From Octopus bimaculoides (lineage: Eukaryota): DNA of 54,427 nucleotides. Each line of letters opens with the position of its first letter. Within the stretch, counting starts at the first letter, position 1. Shown piece by piece: positions 12,754 to 27,706 of the stretch. The stretch is taken from NCBI RefSeq assembly GCF_001194135.2, contig NC_068982.1, positions 111,749,475 to 111,803,901 on the forward strand. Reading direction: 5' to 3'. Below the pieces are notes generated by a model, which had not been told where the DNA came from, made no database searches, and saw only the letters and a program-made list of their open reading frames with translations. The position numbers and the translations under genes are program-made.

Positions 12754-13661
12754 CTAAGATGTTCTCACTGCAGCAGTAACATATTACAATTTTCACATTT
12801 TTGAAAAAAAAAATTTTTTTTGAAGAAATTTGTTTAGTTTTTTTTTTTTTTGGTCTATTTACACAAACATACAAATTGAATACATTTTCCAATCTCTTCA
12901 GAAAATTAGGTTTGTTTGACTGTTGGAAATAATTGATAAAACAATTGAATAGAAAGCAGTCTTTTTCACTTTATTATCCCTTCGGTGAATAGAGAGCATA
13001 AGTTTTTAAAGAGTCTCAACGGAGAAAGTCTCCAAAGGTTTACAATAAAGAATAGTGTTAATTAAAATATTAATTAATTGATGATAACAGTCATTACTGG
13101 GTTGCCTGTTGTCTAAATTACGATTATCATTTTCATTATCATTGGTATTATAATGAATAGTTGTCACTTGTCTTCACTATTGCTATTCTAGAAATAATTA
13201 TATAATGATAGGTGAAACAATTAAGACCATTGCTGGTGGTTATGAAGTTTTAAACAACAACAAAAACAAGATAGTTCCGCTTAGAGAGTGTAAGAAGTCC
13301 AATGAGAAAAACATACTCTTTGAGCGGTTTCTTTTTTTCTCTATATAATAACATATTTTTAATTAAGAAAAAGGTCTCTTATTTTTTTCTTTAAAAAAAG
13401 TAGGATTTAAAAAAAACTATTCTGAGTAAGAGAAAATGATATTTCTTACAAAGAATTTTCTTTTCGACCATTTTTTTTTTTTAATCTCTTAGATTATAAA
13501 AAGAAATCTGTACACACTCCCATTGCATGTGTGAGTTGTAGAGTTGAGTCGCCATCAACACGACTATAATAAGGCGAGTGTTTGTGTAAGCCATGGCAGA
13601 ATGGTTATAATATTAGTCATGGTGGGAGAAAGGGTCTTAATGCCAGTTTCAGCTTGGCCTA

Positions 13662-13774
13662 GTGGCAAACACTGCATTCCTTCAGATCATTGAAGTTGAA
13701 CAATGCCAAGCCAGGGTCGTACTTGGTTCAATGGCTATTTTCAAAAGCCATCTAAGTACTAGCAAGGTGTTGTA
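13662..13774 (+). pseudogene. 5S rRNA-derived fragment (5S pseudogene or SINE3-type head)
   Basis: gatcattgaagttgaacaatgccaagccagggtcgtacttgg aligns by eye with the metazoan 5S core gatcaccgaagttaagcaacgtcgggcccggttagtacttgg; 3' ggtgttgta matches ggtgctgta, with an extra segment in between. Confidence 0.6.
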
Positions 13775-14401
13775 TGTAACCAACTTTACCATGCTTTCCT
13801 TTTATTGGAAGAGTAAAACCAGCCCCTGCAAAAGTTGTGATAGATCAAAAGGGTTTAATATCAGCTATGTATAAATAAAGGATTTTGTTATAAGTTGTGG
13901 TAAAACAAAGGCTTCTAATATCAGCCATAGTAGACCAAAAGGGTTTTTATAATAACAGTCTATATATATTACTCTTTTTTTCTGCCATTTGCTTCTCAAA
14001 TGGAAAAAAGAAGAAACTCAAAGAAAAACATAATCAGATCAGCTGTAATACAGTTAAAGGGTCAAATTGTATTCATATTTTAAAAGTGGGGAAAATTCAA
14101 CTGCATATTTTATTTTCAGTGATCTAGTTTTTCTGTAACACATTCAAAATTAGTAATGTATAGTCATGCAATAAATATGCATGGGCATTTCAAGAAACAT
14201 AAACATTCACACACATGTGCACACGTGAATGGGCACACTAGCAAGCATATATGCATACATGCAAATCTTCATACACTCACACACATATACATAATACATA
14301 CATTAATATGTTAAGATATATGGATATAGAAAACAAAATTAACTGTGAGAGATGGCATGCGTAAGAACATAATTACAATATACTTTTATACAGAGTTATA
14401 T

Positions 14402-14468
<67 letters not shown>

Positions 14469-15210
14469 CACACACGCATGTATTTACATGTGTGTGTGTA
14501 TATATATATTGTATGTGTATGTGTGCATATAGTATGATATATAATGCATAATTGTATATAATTATATGTGCAACATATATCTGTATTTATAGATGTATAC
14601 ATGCACATGTGCATATATGCAAATCCATACAAATAGGCTCACACATACATACATACACATACACCATTTATTCCTATGTATAATATACACACACATATAT
14701 GCATGTGTTTACATGTGTATCTGTATATACATATATATGTATGNNNNNNNNNNNNNNNNNNNNNNNNNNNNNNNNNNNNNNNNNNNNNNNNNNNNNNNNN
14801 NNNNNNNNNNNNNNNNNNNNNNNNNNNNNNNNNNNNNNNNNNNNNNNNNNNNNNNNNNNNNNNNNNNNNNNNNNNNNNNNNNNNNNNNNNNNNNNNNNNN
14901 NNNNNNNNNNNNNNNNNNNNNNNNNNNNNNNNNNNNNNNNNNNNNNNNNNNNNNNNNNNNNNNNNNNNNNNNNNNNNNNNNNNNNNNNNNNNNNNNNNNN
15001 NNNNNNNNNNNNNNNNNNNNNNNNNNNNNNNNNNNNNNNNNNNNNNNNNNNNNNNNNNNNNNNNNNNNNNNNNNNNNNNNNNNNNNNNNNNNNNNNNNNN
15101 NNNNNNNNNNNNNNNNNNNNNNNNNNNNNNNNNNNNNNNNNNNNNNNNNNNNNNNNNNNNNNNNNNNNNNNNNNNNNNNNNNNNNNNNNNNNNNNNNNNN
15201 NATATATATG

Positions 15211-15263
<53 letters not shown>

Positions 15264-15268
15264 GTATA

Positions 15269-15334
<66 letters not shown>

Positions 15335-16410
15335 TCACACACAAGCCACATATTAATGCACACGTATTGATATGTGACTAATAATATGTGCGTATATGTA
15401 TATGTTTCTATGCATAAAGGTAAGATATTAAAAGGTCAAATGTCAGCTCTACGATTTGACCCTATTTTAAATAAAAATAAAGCTTGTAGAGCATATAAGC
15501 TAGTTTTCCTTTCGAATTGGGGCTCTAAATAACTAGGAAATGGTGCCTTGTTTCAGTCTGGCTTCAATATATTGAAAACTAGGGTTGCAAGGCATTTCAC
15601 TCTACATCGATTTCATTGTATTGTAACTGTGTAAGGGGAGTATAAAGCTATGTATACTCACCCAGACATACACACTCATATGCATTCAAACACACATACA
15701 CACTCACACATACAAAAACACATTCATTCACACTCATTCACAAAAGCATACACACTCATTCACACATATACACACATGCACATATGCATATATAGATATA
15801 TACATATTTATATATCTATATATATCCATATATGTGCAACACATTCATTCATATGCACATGCTTTTATATACGTACATATATGTACAAAGATATCCATGT
15901 ATATACATATGTAAATATATACCTATGTACATGAATAATATATATATATATATATATAAAGTATGTGCATATGTATATACATGGGAGTATTTCTATGTGT
16001 TTGTGTGTGTAGGTATGTATATATATATATATATATGTATTTATATATATATATATATATATGCTTATATGTATACGTATATATAAATTTATATATATAT
16101 GTATACATATATGTTTTTTATATGCTAGTGCATATTCTACAGAAAATGTATATATAGTAAAATATATGTATCACCAACTTCATCCTCATCCCCTTTAGCA
16201 TCTTCATCATCATCCTCATCATTATCTTCATCATAACTACTATTGTCATCATCATCAACATCATGATCATACTCATCATAGTTATCACCTTCATTATTAT
16301 CATCATCATCATCACGATCATAATCAAAGTTATTGTCATCATCATGGTTATCATCATCAGCATCATCGATGTCATCGATGTCATCATCACCATTGTTTGT
16401 TACATATCAC

Positions 16411-16478
16411 TTTCCATGGAAGCATGGTTTCATTTTCTATCAACCAATGATAAAAAAACTCAATAAAATATTGTGGGA
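16411..16478 (-). CDS. Putative internal exon of the ROCO/MFHAS1-like gene
   Basis: gtatag|TC ... AAA|gtgata, 68 nt, phase 1 to 0: (V)PQYFIEFFYHWLIENETMLPWK; weak donor. Confidence 0.4.
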
Positions 16479-16653
16479 CTATACAGTATATTTGCATACA
16501 TTAATATTTCTGGAGTAAACAGTATTGTACACTTGTCTTATAATGGTTATATCAGCTGTGTTTTAATAGATAGTTGTGGCTATACATACATAAATACATA
16601 CATACATACATAATTATATATACATACATACATATTTATACATGCATACATAC

Positions 16654-16741
<88 letters not shown>

Positions 16742-16989
16742 NNNNNNNNNNNNNNNNNNNNNNNNNNNNNNNNNNNNNNNNNNNNNNNNNNNNNNNNNNN
16801 NNNNNNNNNNNNNNNNNNNNNNNNNNNNNNNNNNNNNNNNNNNNNNNNNNNNNNNNNNNNNNNNNNNNNNNNNNNNNNNNNNNNNNNNNNNNNNNNNNNN
16901 NNNNNNNNNNNNNNNNNNNNNNNNNNNNNNNNNNNNNNNNNNNNNNNNNNNNNNNNNNNNNNNNNNNNNNNNNNNNNNNNNNNNCATAC

Positions 16990-17035
<46 letters not shown>

Positions 17036-17103
17036 TTATATATATTGTATGCATACATGTTTACACACATGAGCATATATATATATACACACACACACTC
17101 ACA

Positions 17104-17134
<31 letters not shown>

Positions 17135-17154
17135 CCACATATATGTATATACAC

Positions 17155-17255
17155 CAGTGGAAATTGGTTGACCTTTGTTAATTGTCCAACAGATGCAATT
17201 ATCATGTGACATCATGTCTAAATTGAATTGAAAAGGGAAATCATCAACAGATGAC
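17155..17255 (-). CDS. Putative internal exon of the ROCO/MFHAS1-like gene
   Basis: tttgtttgtcctag|G ... G|gtgtat, 101 nt, phase 2 to 1: SSVDDFPFQFNLDMMSHDNCICWTINKGQPIST. Confidence 0.45.
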
Positions 17256-17855
17256 CTAGGACAAACAAATGTAGATACTCTACTTACATACTCACACTGA
17301 GACAGACACTAATATTCACACTCACACTCACCCTTACACTCACTTACTCTCACATCCGTTCAGCATTCGGCTACATCACTAAGTACCTCATTCATCATTT
17401 ATCTTGAGAATTTTCACTTCCCAAAGATGAATCGGGTCTGAGGCTACATATTCAAACTCTGAGTAGGTCTGTCAGAATAGGCAAAACATTGTAAAAGCTT
17501 AAAAGTAATTAATATATTTTGTTAATTATTTCACTATACAGAGCTTCAGAACTTGAGTATTTGCCAGTTTCTATTTTGATAACAAAATTGGAAAACAAAT
17601 GATACTTGATATAACCATATACAAACACATTTGTATATATAAGTACATGAACAGGCATATTTGTATTCATACATATGTACTTGTATAAATGTGTAACTAT
17701 AGATGTAGACATAAATGTACTCACACACACATGCACGTACACACACCCACAGACTCACACATATAGCCTTATATACCCAGGAAGACACATATATGAATAT
17801 TGATAAATATGTATGTGTGTGTGTATGTGTATATATATATGTGTGTGTGTGTGTA

Positions 17856-17908
<53 letters not shown>

Positions 17909-18594
17909 TTATATATATATATATATATAAATATATATATATAAATATGCATGTATATTTGTACAAACTTGTAGACATACTTATACATACATACATCACT
18001 ATGTATACACACATATATATATATACACACATACATATGCATGTATGCACAGACACATGCATATACATAAATCTCCTGAACATATATTTTCATATGTGTA
18101 CCAACATTGATTGTTTAAATGAAACATACAGTTATTTATACAGTCAGTTGTGTATATAACTTAAAAGGAGCCATCAATGTATGTATTTAAAATTAATAAA
18201 GCCATTGTTAATTCTAATTGCTGAAAAAGAATTGTTATGTGTACGATGATATATTGTCACATGCAAATTGCAAATGTTTCATTCTGTGAATAATTCTATA
18301 TCCTGCATATACATAGATGAATATTTTAATTTGTATGTTTTTATGTGTATAAAACCACACACGCATTCTCTCAGTATATGTATGTTGTGTATGTATATAT
18401 GTGCATATGTGTGTATATGTGTGTTTGTGCACAGCTCATTTGACTGGTATATTTATGAAAGTATATTTACCTGTATATAATCATATACATGTATCTGTAT
18501 ATACATATAAATATATATATATGTATACATATATACATATGCATACATGTGTATACATATATATACATATACAAACATACATACATATATATAT

Positions 18595-18625
<31 letters not shown>

Positions 18626-18743
18626 NNNNNNNNNNNNNNNNNNNNNNNNNNNNNNNNNNNNNNNNNNNNNATATATGTATATATAATGCTTTGCAATAAT
18701 ATACCAAATAGTAGGATCTTTCATTTCAACCAACATGTTTTAC

Positions 18744-18847
18744 CTACAGGTGTTAGACAACTTCCCCGATAGGTTGATTTCATTAGCTTCCTCATGGAAT
18801 TTCAAAACAGATTTTTGAGTAATTTTACTGTCTTTTTCTGAAGTAGT
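18744..18847 (-). CDS. Putative internal exon (same gene?)
   Basis: atatag|ACT ... AG|gtaaaa, 104 nt, phase 0 to 2: TTSEKDSKITQKSVLKFHEEANEINLSGKLSNTC-R; poor acceptor. Confidence 0.3.
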
Positions 18848-20327
18848 CTATATTTTATCTCACCAATATTTGTAGACTTCAACGTAATTTTTTTTTCAGT
18901 TTTCTTTTTTAAAATTTCATTTGTAATCATATTTTTCTCTATTCACTTGCACTCCGTTTTTATTTTTTTTTCCATAAAGGTTTTAGTTTACTGTTTCTGA
19001 GGGCACTTACTGGTAGAAATTTATGCATAATTAAATATAAACTAATACAAAAGTGGTAGAACTTGTACATATGATTAACAATAATGTTTAAATAAGAAAG
19101 TTTACATTGGTTTTGCATCAATGAAAATATTAGACCTTTTTCTTAAGAAAAAAAAAAGTCATGAAAACAAAGAAATGGTTTCTTAGAAAAAAATAATTTG
19201 GAGATTTTTTGTGTTTCTTTTGTTCTTTTTTTCTTTGCTATTCAAAAAGAAAAATAACAAATCCTTTTAAATTGTTTCAAATTCTTTTTCATTTTTCTCT
19301 AGCATAGTTACAATGTAAGGGAAATAGAAAAAAGTAATAACAGTATTGGGAAAGCTTTCAATAGAAACAAACAAATATTGCATGGAATGTTATTGAAAAA
19401 TTGAAAATATAAAAATAATAAGAATAATAAAAGAGAAAATTTAAACAAGAAATAAAGCTATATTTTGTGTAACTGTGGTTAAGTGTTAAGAATTGAAACA
19501 CACAAGGTGACTAACCTTTGAGAGAATGTAGATTTGGGAGGAGAAAGAAGTAGGAATGTAATTAAAAGAAAGACTATAAAAGATAAAATTCTTGAAGGAG
19601 GGAAAAAAGAAAAAGAGTTAAATCTACACATAAAAGTTTTGATAATGGACCCTGATATAAAAAGAAAAGTTTTATTAGAAGCTATACAGCAGGTTGTATT
19701 GGTAATGTTTTAGCTTATAATAGTCAGGGTATCAAGTTGTTGATATTGACTAAAATCTGTTAAGTTTCCCATAAGGTCTCATAATAAAAATTATACAAAA
19801 AAAAAACAAAACAAAAAAAACAATAAAAATAAAAAAAAATCCAAAAGCAGAAAAGAATCCATTTGTAATCTATTTGTTTATTATTATTATAATTGATGAA
19901 AATAAAAGTGAATACTTAAGATCCACACTGTTGGTATTTTAATAGAGGAATGTATAGAGCGAAATGTATTTAGATGCTATCTACTTTATAATAAGGTATC
20001 TGACTCTAACTGCAAGGTAAGGTACACATGAAGTCATCTATAAGATTGCATCAATAAAGGATTTAAAAAAAATTTGATTACTTAATTTCTTATTGAACTA
20101 AATATAGATTAGGTTATGAAATTAATTTTGACTGAATTTCCCATTATTGTGTAAGGAAAATCAGCATTATGTTATTTGTATATCTGTTTGCAAGAATGCA
20201 GAATTCTTTAAATATAATTCCACATGTTCGCATCATTTTGGTTTTTTGCTTTCACTGTCAGCTCTAATGTAAGTATATACATGCATATATGGAAATTTGA
20301 ATTTACATAAATAAGATATACATATAA

Positions 20328-20379
<52 letters not shown>

Positions 20380-21132
20380 GTACATATTCGCAGACATATA
20401 GACACACAGATACACACACACATGTATATAGTAAACTTATGTGAGTATATGAATATTTATATGTGCCTACATATGTATATACACATGCACATATTTGAGG
20501 ATTTGTAGTTATATAGTTATATATATATATATATTCATACAATAATCAGCATGTAATGACATACCACTGCATATAATAGTGTACAGATATACAGTGGATA
20601 TACTAGTATACATGTATGCATGATTGTAAATACCTACATGAGAATGTATGCAAATATCTATATATAACAAAGTATATATATATTTATTAGTATGGGTGGA
20701 GTGATGTGTGTATAAACAACTAATTATTTATATATTTATGTATATATTTGCTTCTCATCATGTGTATATATACACTTTTACACACACAACACAAACATAA
20801 GCATGTGTATATGTATACATTCTGTGGTGTAACATGCACTTATGTGTTTTTATAAAGGTTTTTAATATGCAAGACATTTGGTATAATGGTATGTGTAAAT
20901 ATATATATTAATAAGCATTTACCACAATCACTCACACATACACACACACACATATATATATATGCATACACATACATTTGTAATTATGTATATATGTGCA
21001 TGTGTATATATATATTTATACACATACATATGTATATTGATATGTGCATATATTTATATAAACACACACACACATTAATGTATATAAGTATGTATGTATA
21101 TGTGTATATAAATGTATATATCTACATAAATA

Positions 21133-21163
<31 letters not shown>

Positions 21164-21183
21164 GTGTATATATATGTGTGTAA

Positions 21184-21232
<49 letters not shown>

Positions 21233-21288
21233 GTGTATACTAATGAATAGCTATAGTTTGATCCATATAGTTTCATATATATTTCCCT

Positions 21289-21336
<48 letters not shown>

Positions 21337-21746
21337 GCACCTTATAATTGCTATAGTAGTAGTACTGCACCAGTAGTTGAAGTAGTAGTAGTAGTATTGT
21401 ACTAGTTGTATTAACTAATGTCAACTATAAATTTTTCTACAATCATTTTGCAATTATTAGTAAATTAAGTTGATTACTTTATATCAAGATATCAACTGTC
21501 AGGAATGAAGAGGGGAAGAGAATTTTAAATTTATTTCTTCATCTAAGTTTTTTTTTTTTTACAAGCCTTTAACATTTATGTCAGATTCATTTGATGATAA
21601 CTAATGTAATACGATGTATGTATTTATGTCTGTGTTTCTTTCTATTCAGAAACTATTTTTATTGAAGATATGTTCTATTGTCATATTCCAAATTAATCTT
21701 CAAGTAAGAAACATTAAAACAATTCATTTATAGATTGAAACAGTAC

Positions 21747-21856
21747 ATATTTGTTTGCAATGTTTTGCAATATTTTCAAAATGTCTTGTTCAACGATTTT
21801 CTTTGTTTCATTAAATGAGTTTTCATTCATGAAGCTGTATTTTGGATCAAGGTATC
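21747..21856 (-). CDS. Putative internal exon (same gene?)
   Basis: gatag|GA ... TAT|gtactg, 110 nt, phase 1 to 0: YLDPKYSFMNENSFNETKKIVEQDILKILQNIANKY; weak splice sites. Confidence 0.3.
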
Positions 21857-23135
21857 CTATCAATTCTCACAAATTATATGTATATTCATATATATGCAAA
21901 TATATGTGTGTGTATGTAAATATTATAAATATATATTACATATGCATTTATGTTTATGTTTAAATACATATGCACATATATACATTTTTATACATACATA
22001 CATACTGTGTGTGTGTATATGTATAGATATATTTATATATATGTTGTCCAAATCACATGCAGAATTAGTATGCCAAAATTTAAGTCCTTAAATAATTCTA
22101 TTAATGATTTTAATGGAATATCATTAAATATATTTAATAAGAATAAACTAAAAAAGAAAAATGTTTTACAATTAAATGCAATTAAATTATATGTAACAGA
22201 AGTGAACCACACTTGAAAATAAAATAAAAGTTTCTTGATTTATGGGTAAATGCAATTTTATTGTACATATATATATATATATATATATATANNNNNNNNN
22301 NNNNNNNNNNNNNNNNNNNNNNNNNNNNNNNNNNNNNNNNNNNNNNNNNNNNNNNNNNNNNNNNNNNNNNNNNNNNNNNNNNNNNNNNNNNNNNNNNNNN
22401 NNNNNNNNNNNNNNNNNNNNNNNNNNNNNNNNNNNNNNNNNNNNNNNNNNNNNNNNNNNNNNNNNNNNNNNNNNNNNNNNNNNNNNNNNNNNNNNNNNNN
22501 NNNNNNNNNNNNNNNNNNNNNNNNNNNNNNNNNNNNNNNNNNNNNNNNNNNNNNNNNNNNNNNNNNNNNNNNNNNNNNNNNNNNNNNNNNNNNNNNNNNN
22601 NNNNNNNNNNNNNNNNNNNNNNNNNNNNNNNNNNNNNNNNNNNNNNNNNNNNNNNNNNNNNNNNNNNNNNNNNNNNNNNNNNNNNNNNNNNNNNNNNNNN
22701 NNNNNNNNNNNNNNNNNNNNNNNNNNNNNNNNNNNNNNNNNNNNNNNNNNNNNNNNNNNNNNNNNNNNNNNNNNNNNNNNNNNNNNNNNNNNNNNNNNNN
22801 NNNNNNNNNNNNNNNNNNNNNNNNNNNNNNNNNNNNNNNNNNNNNNNNNNNNNNNNNNNNNNNNNNNNNNNNNNNNNNNNNNNNNNNNNNNNNNNNNNNN
22901 NNNNNNNNNNNNNNNNNNNNNNNNNNNNNNNNNNNNNNNNNNNNNNNNNNNNNNNNNNNNNNNNNNNNNNNNNNNNNNNNNNNNNNNNNNNNNNNNNNNN
23001 NNNNNNNNNNNNNNNNNNNNNNNNNNNNNNNNNNNNNNNNNNNNNNNNNNNNNNNNNNNNNNNNNNNNNNNNNNNNNNNNNNNNNNNNNNNNNNNNNNNN
23101 NNNNNNNNNNNNNNNNNNNNNNNNNNNNNNNNNNN

Positions 23136-23173
<38 letters not shown>

Positions 23174-23343
23174 ATACATGCATATGCATAAATAAGAACT
23201 TATATATACATGAATATGTAAGGATTGGTTTTAGATGTGAAGAATATTTATAATATTACATGCTGATATTGGAATATTGTTTTATTTTTGCTTTTTTGAA
23301 ATTATCATTATTATTGTTATTATTGTTATTATTATTATTATTA

Positions 23344-23383
<40 letters not shown>

Positions 23384-24594
23384 GTAACATTATGTAGAAA
23401 AAATGTTGCTTTTTTGCTTTATAATAGAAATGTGTCACTATGTTACGTCCGACATATAGTCTCCTTTATAGGGTATTGTTTCCATGTTTGGCATATTTAT
23501 GGTTCTCTATGTAAAGTATTATAATATTAGTGTTTATTCTGGCAATATTCCTCTATGTAATTTAATATGATTATCAGAGTTTGTTTTACTACGGGTCTTC
23601 TAAATGTGTTTGTGTTTTTATGGTGGTATTATTTGTTCTATCACTTGTCTTCTATTCAAGGTGTTATCATCTTCATATTTGTTCTGGCAATTGTCTTCTA
23701 CATAGTATAATGATTTGAGGGTTTGTCTTATTGAGAGTCCTCATGTAAGTTATTACTGTTTGTTCTATATAAGATATTAGAAAATTAGTATTTATCAAGT
23801 GTTATCATTTTGTGTAAGAGAAAAATTGTTTCTAAGTAAATACAGTAACTTATTTTAGTTATGAAGAAAAGGATTTGTACTTTATTATCATGTGTGCCTA
23901 AGTCAGAAATTATTACTGTTATTATGATGATCATTTTTATAATTGGATAAAATGCATGTAATTCTTCTTTAATACTTACTAAATACTTACAATTATTTGT
24001 TTAGGTGTAGTATGAAGAAAAACCAACAACAACATCAACAACAACAATAACGATAAAGATAAAGATGAGAATAAGGATGATGATTATGGTGATGATTATG
24101 GTGGTGATCATGATGGTGACAACAACAACATTGATAGTGATGGAGATGATGATTTTGATGAGGTGATGAGGGTGGTAGATGATGATAAAGAAAACTTCTT
24201 ATGCAGTCATAACAGAGAAACTGAGAGACGTTGAGATGTTTATCCTGTCCTAAACATGATTTCACAGATTCTAACCAACAAACTCTCATCTGTTTACTCA
24301 CAATTTAGTGTTATACCACCATGTAACCATCCACAAAATTCTTGTGATATTGACAAGTTTTTAATTAGTCATAAAGCTTTTTAGCAAAGTAAATAGAGTT
24401 ACAGAGACTCCAGCAAATAAAATAGAGTTAAGTTTCTTGTCTAAGGAGGTAACACAATGTATCTACAGCTAGGCTTCAAATTTGTATCCAAGCTAACTTA
24501 TTTGTTTGCTCATTGCCCCTTCTTGTTCTTCTAATAGTAAAAATTAATAATAATAATAATAATAATCATAATAATAATAATAAGAATATTAATA

Positions 24595-24780
24595 ATCCTT
24601 TCTGCTATAGGCACAAAGCCTGAAAGGATGAAAGACAAAGTCCACCTCCTGTACTTGTCTGGTATTATATATATTTTTTTACCCTTCCTTGAGAGAAACG
24701 AGAGGCAACATTGAACTTGGCAGGATTAAAACTCAGTAAAGAGATGTAACAAAATTCTACTTGGCTACCAGTTATGCCAC
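24595..24780 (-). mobile_element. Degenerate SINE (family 2)
   Basis: aataatcctttctgctataggcacaaagcctgaa and gaaaggatgaaagacaaagtccacctc are reverse complements of segments in the 52591-52815 copy. Confidence 0.7.
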
Positions 24781-25551
24781 ATCAACACCTTACTACTACT
24801 AATAGCTATTACTAATACTAATAATATTTAAGTGATAATGGGAATAATTTTAATGATAATAATCACAGTAAATTCTGAATTTGCTTTATAGCATTTGCTA
24901 TATAGATCAAAATTCTATAAAATAGCCTTAAACTTACATAAATTGTATTCTTTTTTTGCTTACTTCTACAGTAATTTAAAAATGCTCTCCCTCAAACATG
25001 CATACATAGATACCACACATGTATGCATATATATATATACATACACATATTCTTTCACTAGTTTCAATCACTAGACTTCAGCTATTCTTTAGCATCATCC
25101 CAAGGGTACAGCCAATGATATTCATTACAGTACTTGACAGCTAGTTCTATTATTACCTTCAGAAAGAGGTTTGCCTGAGTAGAATTTGAACTCAAAATGT
25201 TATGAGTCATAACTGAATGCCAGAAGGTATATTCTTTGAAACTCCAGTGCTTATAGATATAAATATAGATATTTATAAATGCATATATGTATACATACAC
25301 ACATATTCATATTAAGATGCACACTCGCACGCACACACACACGCATGTATATATACATATACACACACATGGAAAGTAGAAATATCTTCTGTCTTCACTG
25401 TTGGAGCACTGGAACCTCCTGTTGCATTAATTGTACTAAAGGGGTAAATTACTATACATGAGCCAGCCCTTGCAACAGAAAACACTATGACTCCAAGTAT
25501 ACGTACGTACGTACGTACCTACCTACCTACCTTCATTCACATATACATACA

Positions 25552-25589
<38 letters not shown>

Positions 25590-25697
25590 AAGCAAATTAA
25601 AAAGGGTGGCTTATTAACAATTAGAACCTAAAGGCAAAATTAATAAAGGTTACAAAAATGATGGAAGGTACTGACTAGCACCCCTTATCCTAAACTC

Positions 25698-25764
<67 letters not shown>

Positions 25765-26804
25765 CACACACATAGTGCTATATAACTGTTTAAATGATAT
25801 ACAATTGATGCATAATTGCATATGTTTATTGTCTGCAGATTTTAGATATGTTAAAGCCAGTAGAGTAATTTGTGTGATTACCTTCATCATTATTAGTAGG
25901 ATTATAATTTTTGTAATGCTATATTTATGTTCAGAGTTGAAATCCCTCTTGGAGTGAACTTTATCATTCATGTTACTGGAGCAATAAAATACTTATTAGT
26001 ATTGATTCAATCAATTTACACCATTCTTCTAAAATGCATGACTTTGTGTCAAATTTTGAAGTTAGAGTCATTAGTCTCACCATCACAAGTGCTGTAACTA
26101 TCATGCTTTAGTAGTAGTAGTAGTAGTAGTATGCTCATCTTTAGTTCTCAAAATGAGTCTAAGAGAGGTGTATCACATGAATGACAAATGCCTATCAGAT
26201 AAGCATGTGTCATGTAATCATTATTCTCTTTCGAAAAATCAAAAATAAATTTTAAGAAAAGTTAATAAAAACTGGTGATTTCAGTCAATGGAGGAAATCA
26301 GTTAGCTGGTACTACTACTGTTACTACTATTGCACACACATAAATGATTTTACTAGTACTAATGTTTTTCCTTGTCTGTTTCAATTGCTATAGCAGAACC
26401 CTTTGCCATGAAGTCCTAGAAGTATAAGTTGACAACAACAACTAGGACTTAATATTTCATTCCATTATTTGCTTTAAATTGAGAGCTCATATTTTGTTCA
26501 TGACAACACTTGCAATGTAGTCTTTAAGACTGGTATTGTCATTGCTCAGAGTTTCCTCACATAAGTTATTGATAAACCTTAGGCTCTTCAGACAAACATG
26601 TTGCCATTTTACTATGTGTCTATATATAACCAAAATAGCTACTAAAAGCATCAAATGAACCCTTGTTTGATGAAACTTCTAATTTCAGAAAGTTTCGGTT
26701 CTAGCTAGTCAAATTATATATATTGTTACATACAGTTATATATATATATATTGTGCATGTATAATTTGATTTATATACACACACATCTCAAAATGCGTGT
26801 CCTT

Positions 26805-26860
<56 letters not shown>

Positions 26861-27656
26861 TAAATCTTCGTATATATGTTGTTTTTTGGTAAATAATATA
26901 AACAGTATCCTTTACTATCATCATCATTGTTATTATTATTATTTATTTTTTTATTATTATTATTGTTGTTGTTATAATTATCATCATCATTATCATTGAA
27001 AGATGAAAAATATTTGGCAAGAGTCAATTTCAAGTAACTTATTTATAATAAATAATAAATTCTAGAACCATAAATTTCTTTTTAAACAAGATCATATCTA
27101 AATGCAGTGCTCCAGCATGGTCTTAGTCATGATGAATTCAAACAAACTAAAGGACTTAACATATATATATATGGTACACTTTACTTTATCTTTTCACCTC
27201 AAATGCATCCTCAAGTATATTTTTCACACTGGCAGTGATAATATTAACTGATATATTATTTTTAAAAAACTCCCCAAAAACTAGCGGAAAAAACTGAAAT
27301 TTACCAATGGCATAAATTTGGGGTGATGAATTATTAGATAATGTACTGAATGCAAATGGACAAAAAAAAATTCCCAAAGGAAATTTCCGCAATGAAGAAT
27401 TTCTTGCATGTGTCAGTCAGAGCATCAGTCCTTAACTTATGTTTGCTAGGTTTATTAACTTACATTTACTACGAGATCTTGCACATAGCTTGTTTGTGAA
27501 AAGATGGTTATACTTTATATATGATCATTCCACATGAAGCTTAGGGATGTTTTTCTTAGCTTATATCAGCCTGACAGCCTCTGGGCATTTTATCAATATA
27601 AGGCAGGCAAATGACGGGTGTTTATTATTATTATTATTATTATCATTAGTATTATA

Positions 27657-27706
<50 letters not shown>

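Larger units (their letters stand above)
14400..23170. repeat. Dense (TA)n/(CA)n/(TACA)n/(CAT)n microsatellite zone with N gaps
   Basis: Directly visible; similar tracts flank nearly every N gap in the window and generate most of the spurious ORFs in the track. Confidence 0.95.

Noticed and set aside
19921-20016. Plus-strand exon-like segment IHTVGILIEECIERNVFRCYLLYNKVSDSNCK|GTAAGG
   Set aside because: Isolated, weak acceptor, no recognisable family or partner exons.
23430-23780. Loosely repeated ctctatgtaa/ttctggcaat units resembling a spacer array
   Set aside because: Eukaryotic context, no constant repeat length or unique spacers; a degenerate satellite, not CRISPR.
25082-25300. 72-aa minus ORF (...YHWLYPWDDAKE)
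   Set aside because: Overlaps a decayed SINE-like segment (gaatttgaactc) and simple repeat.
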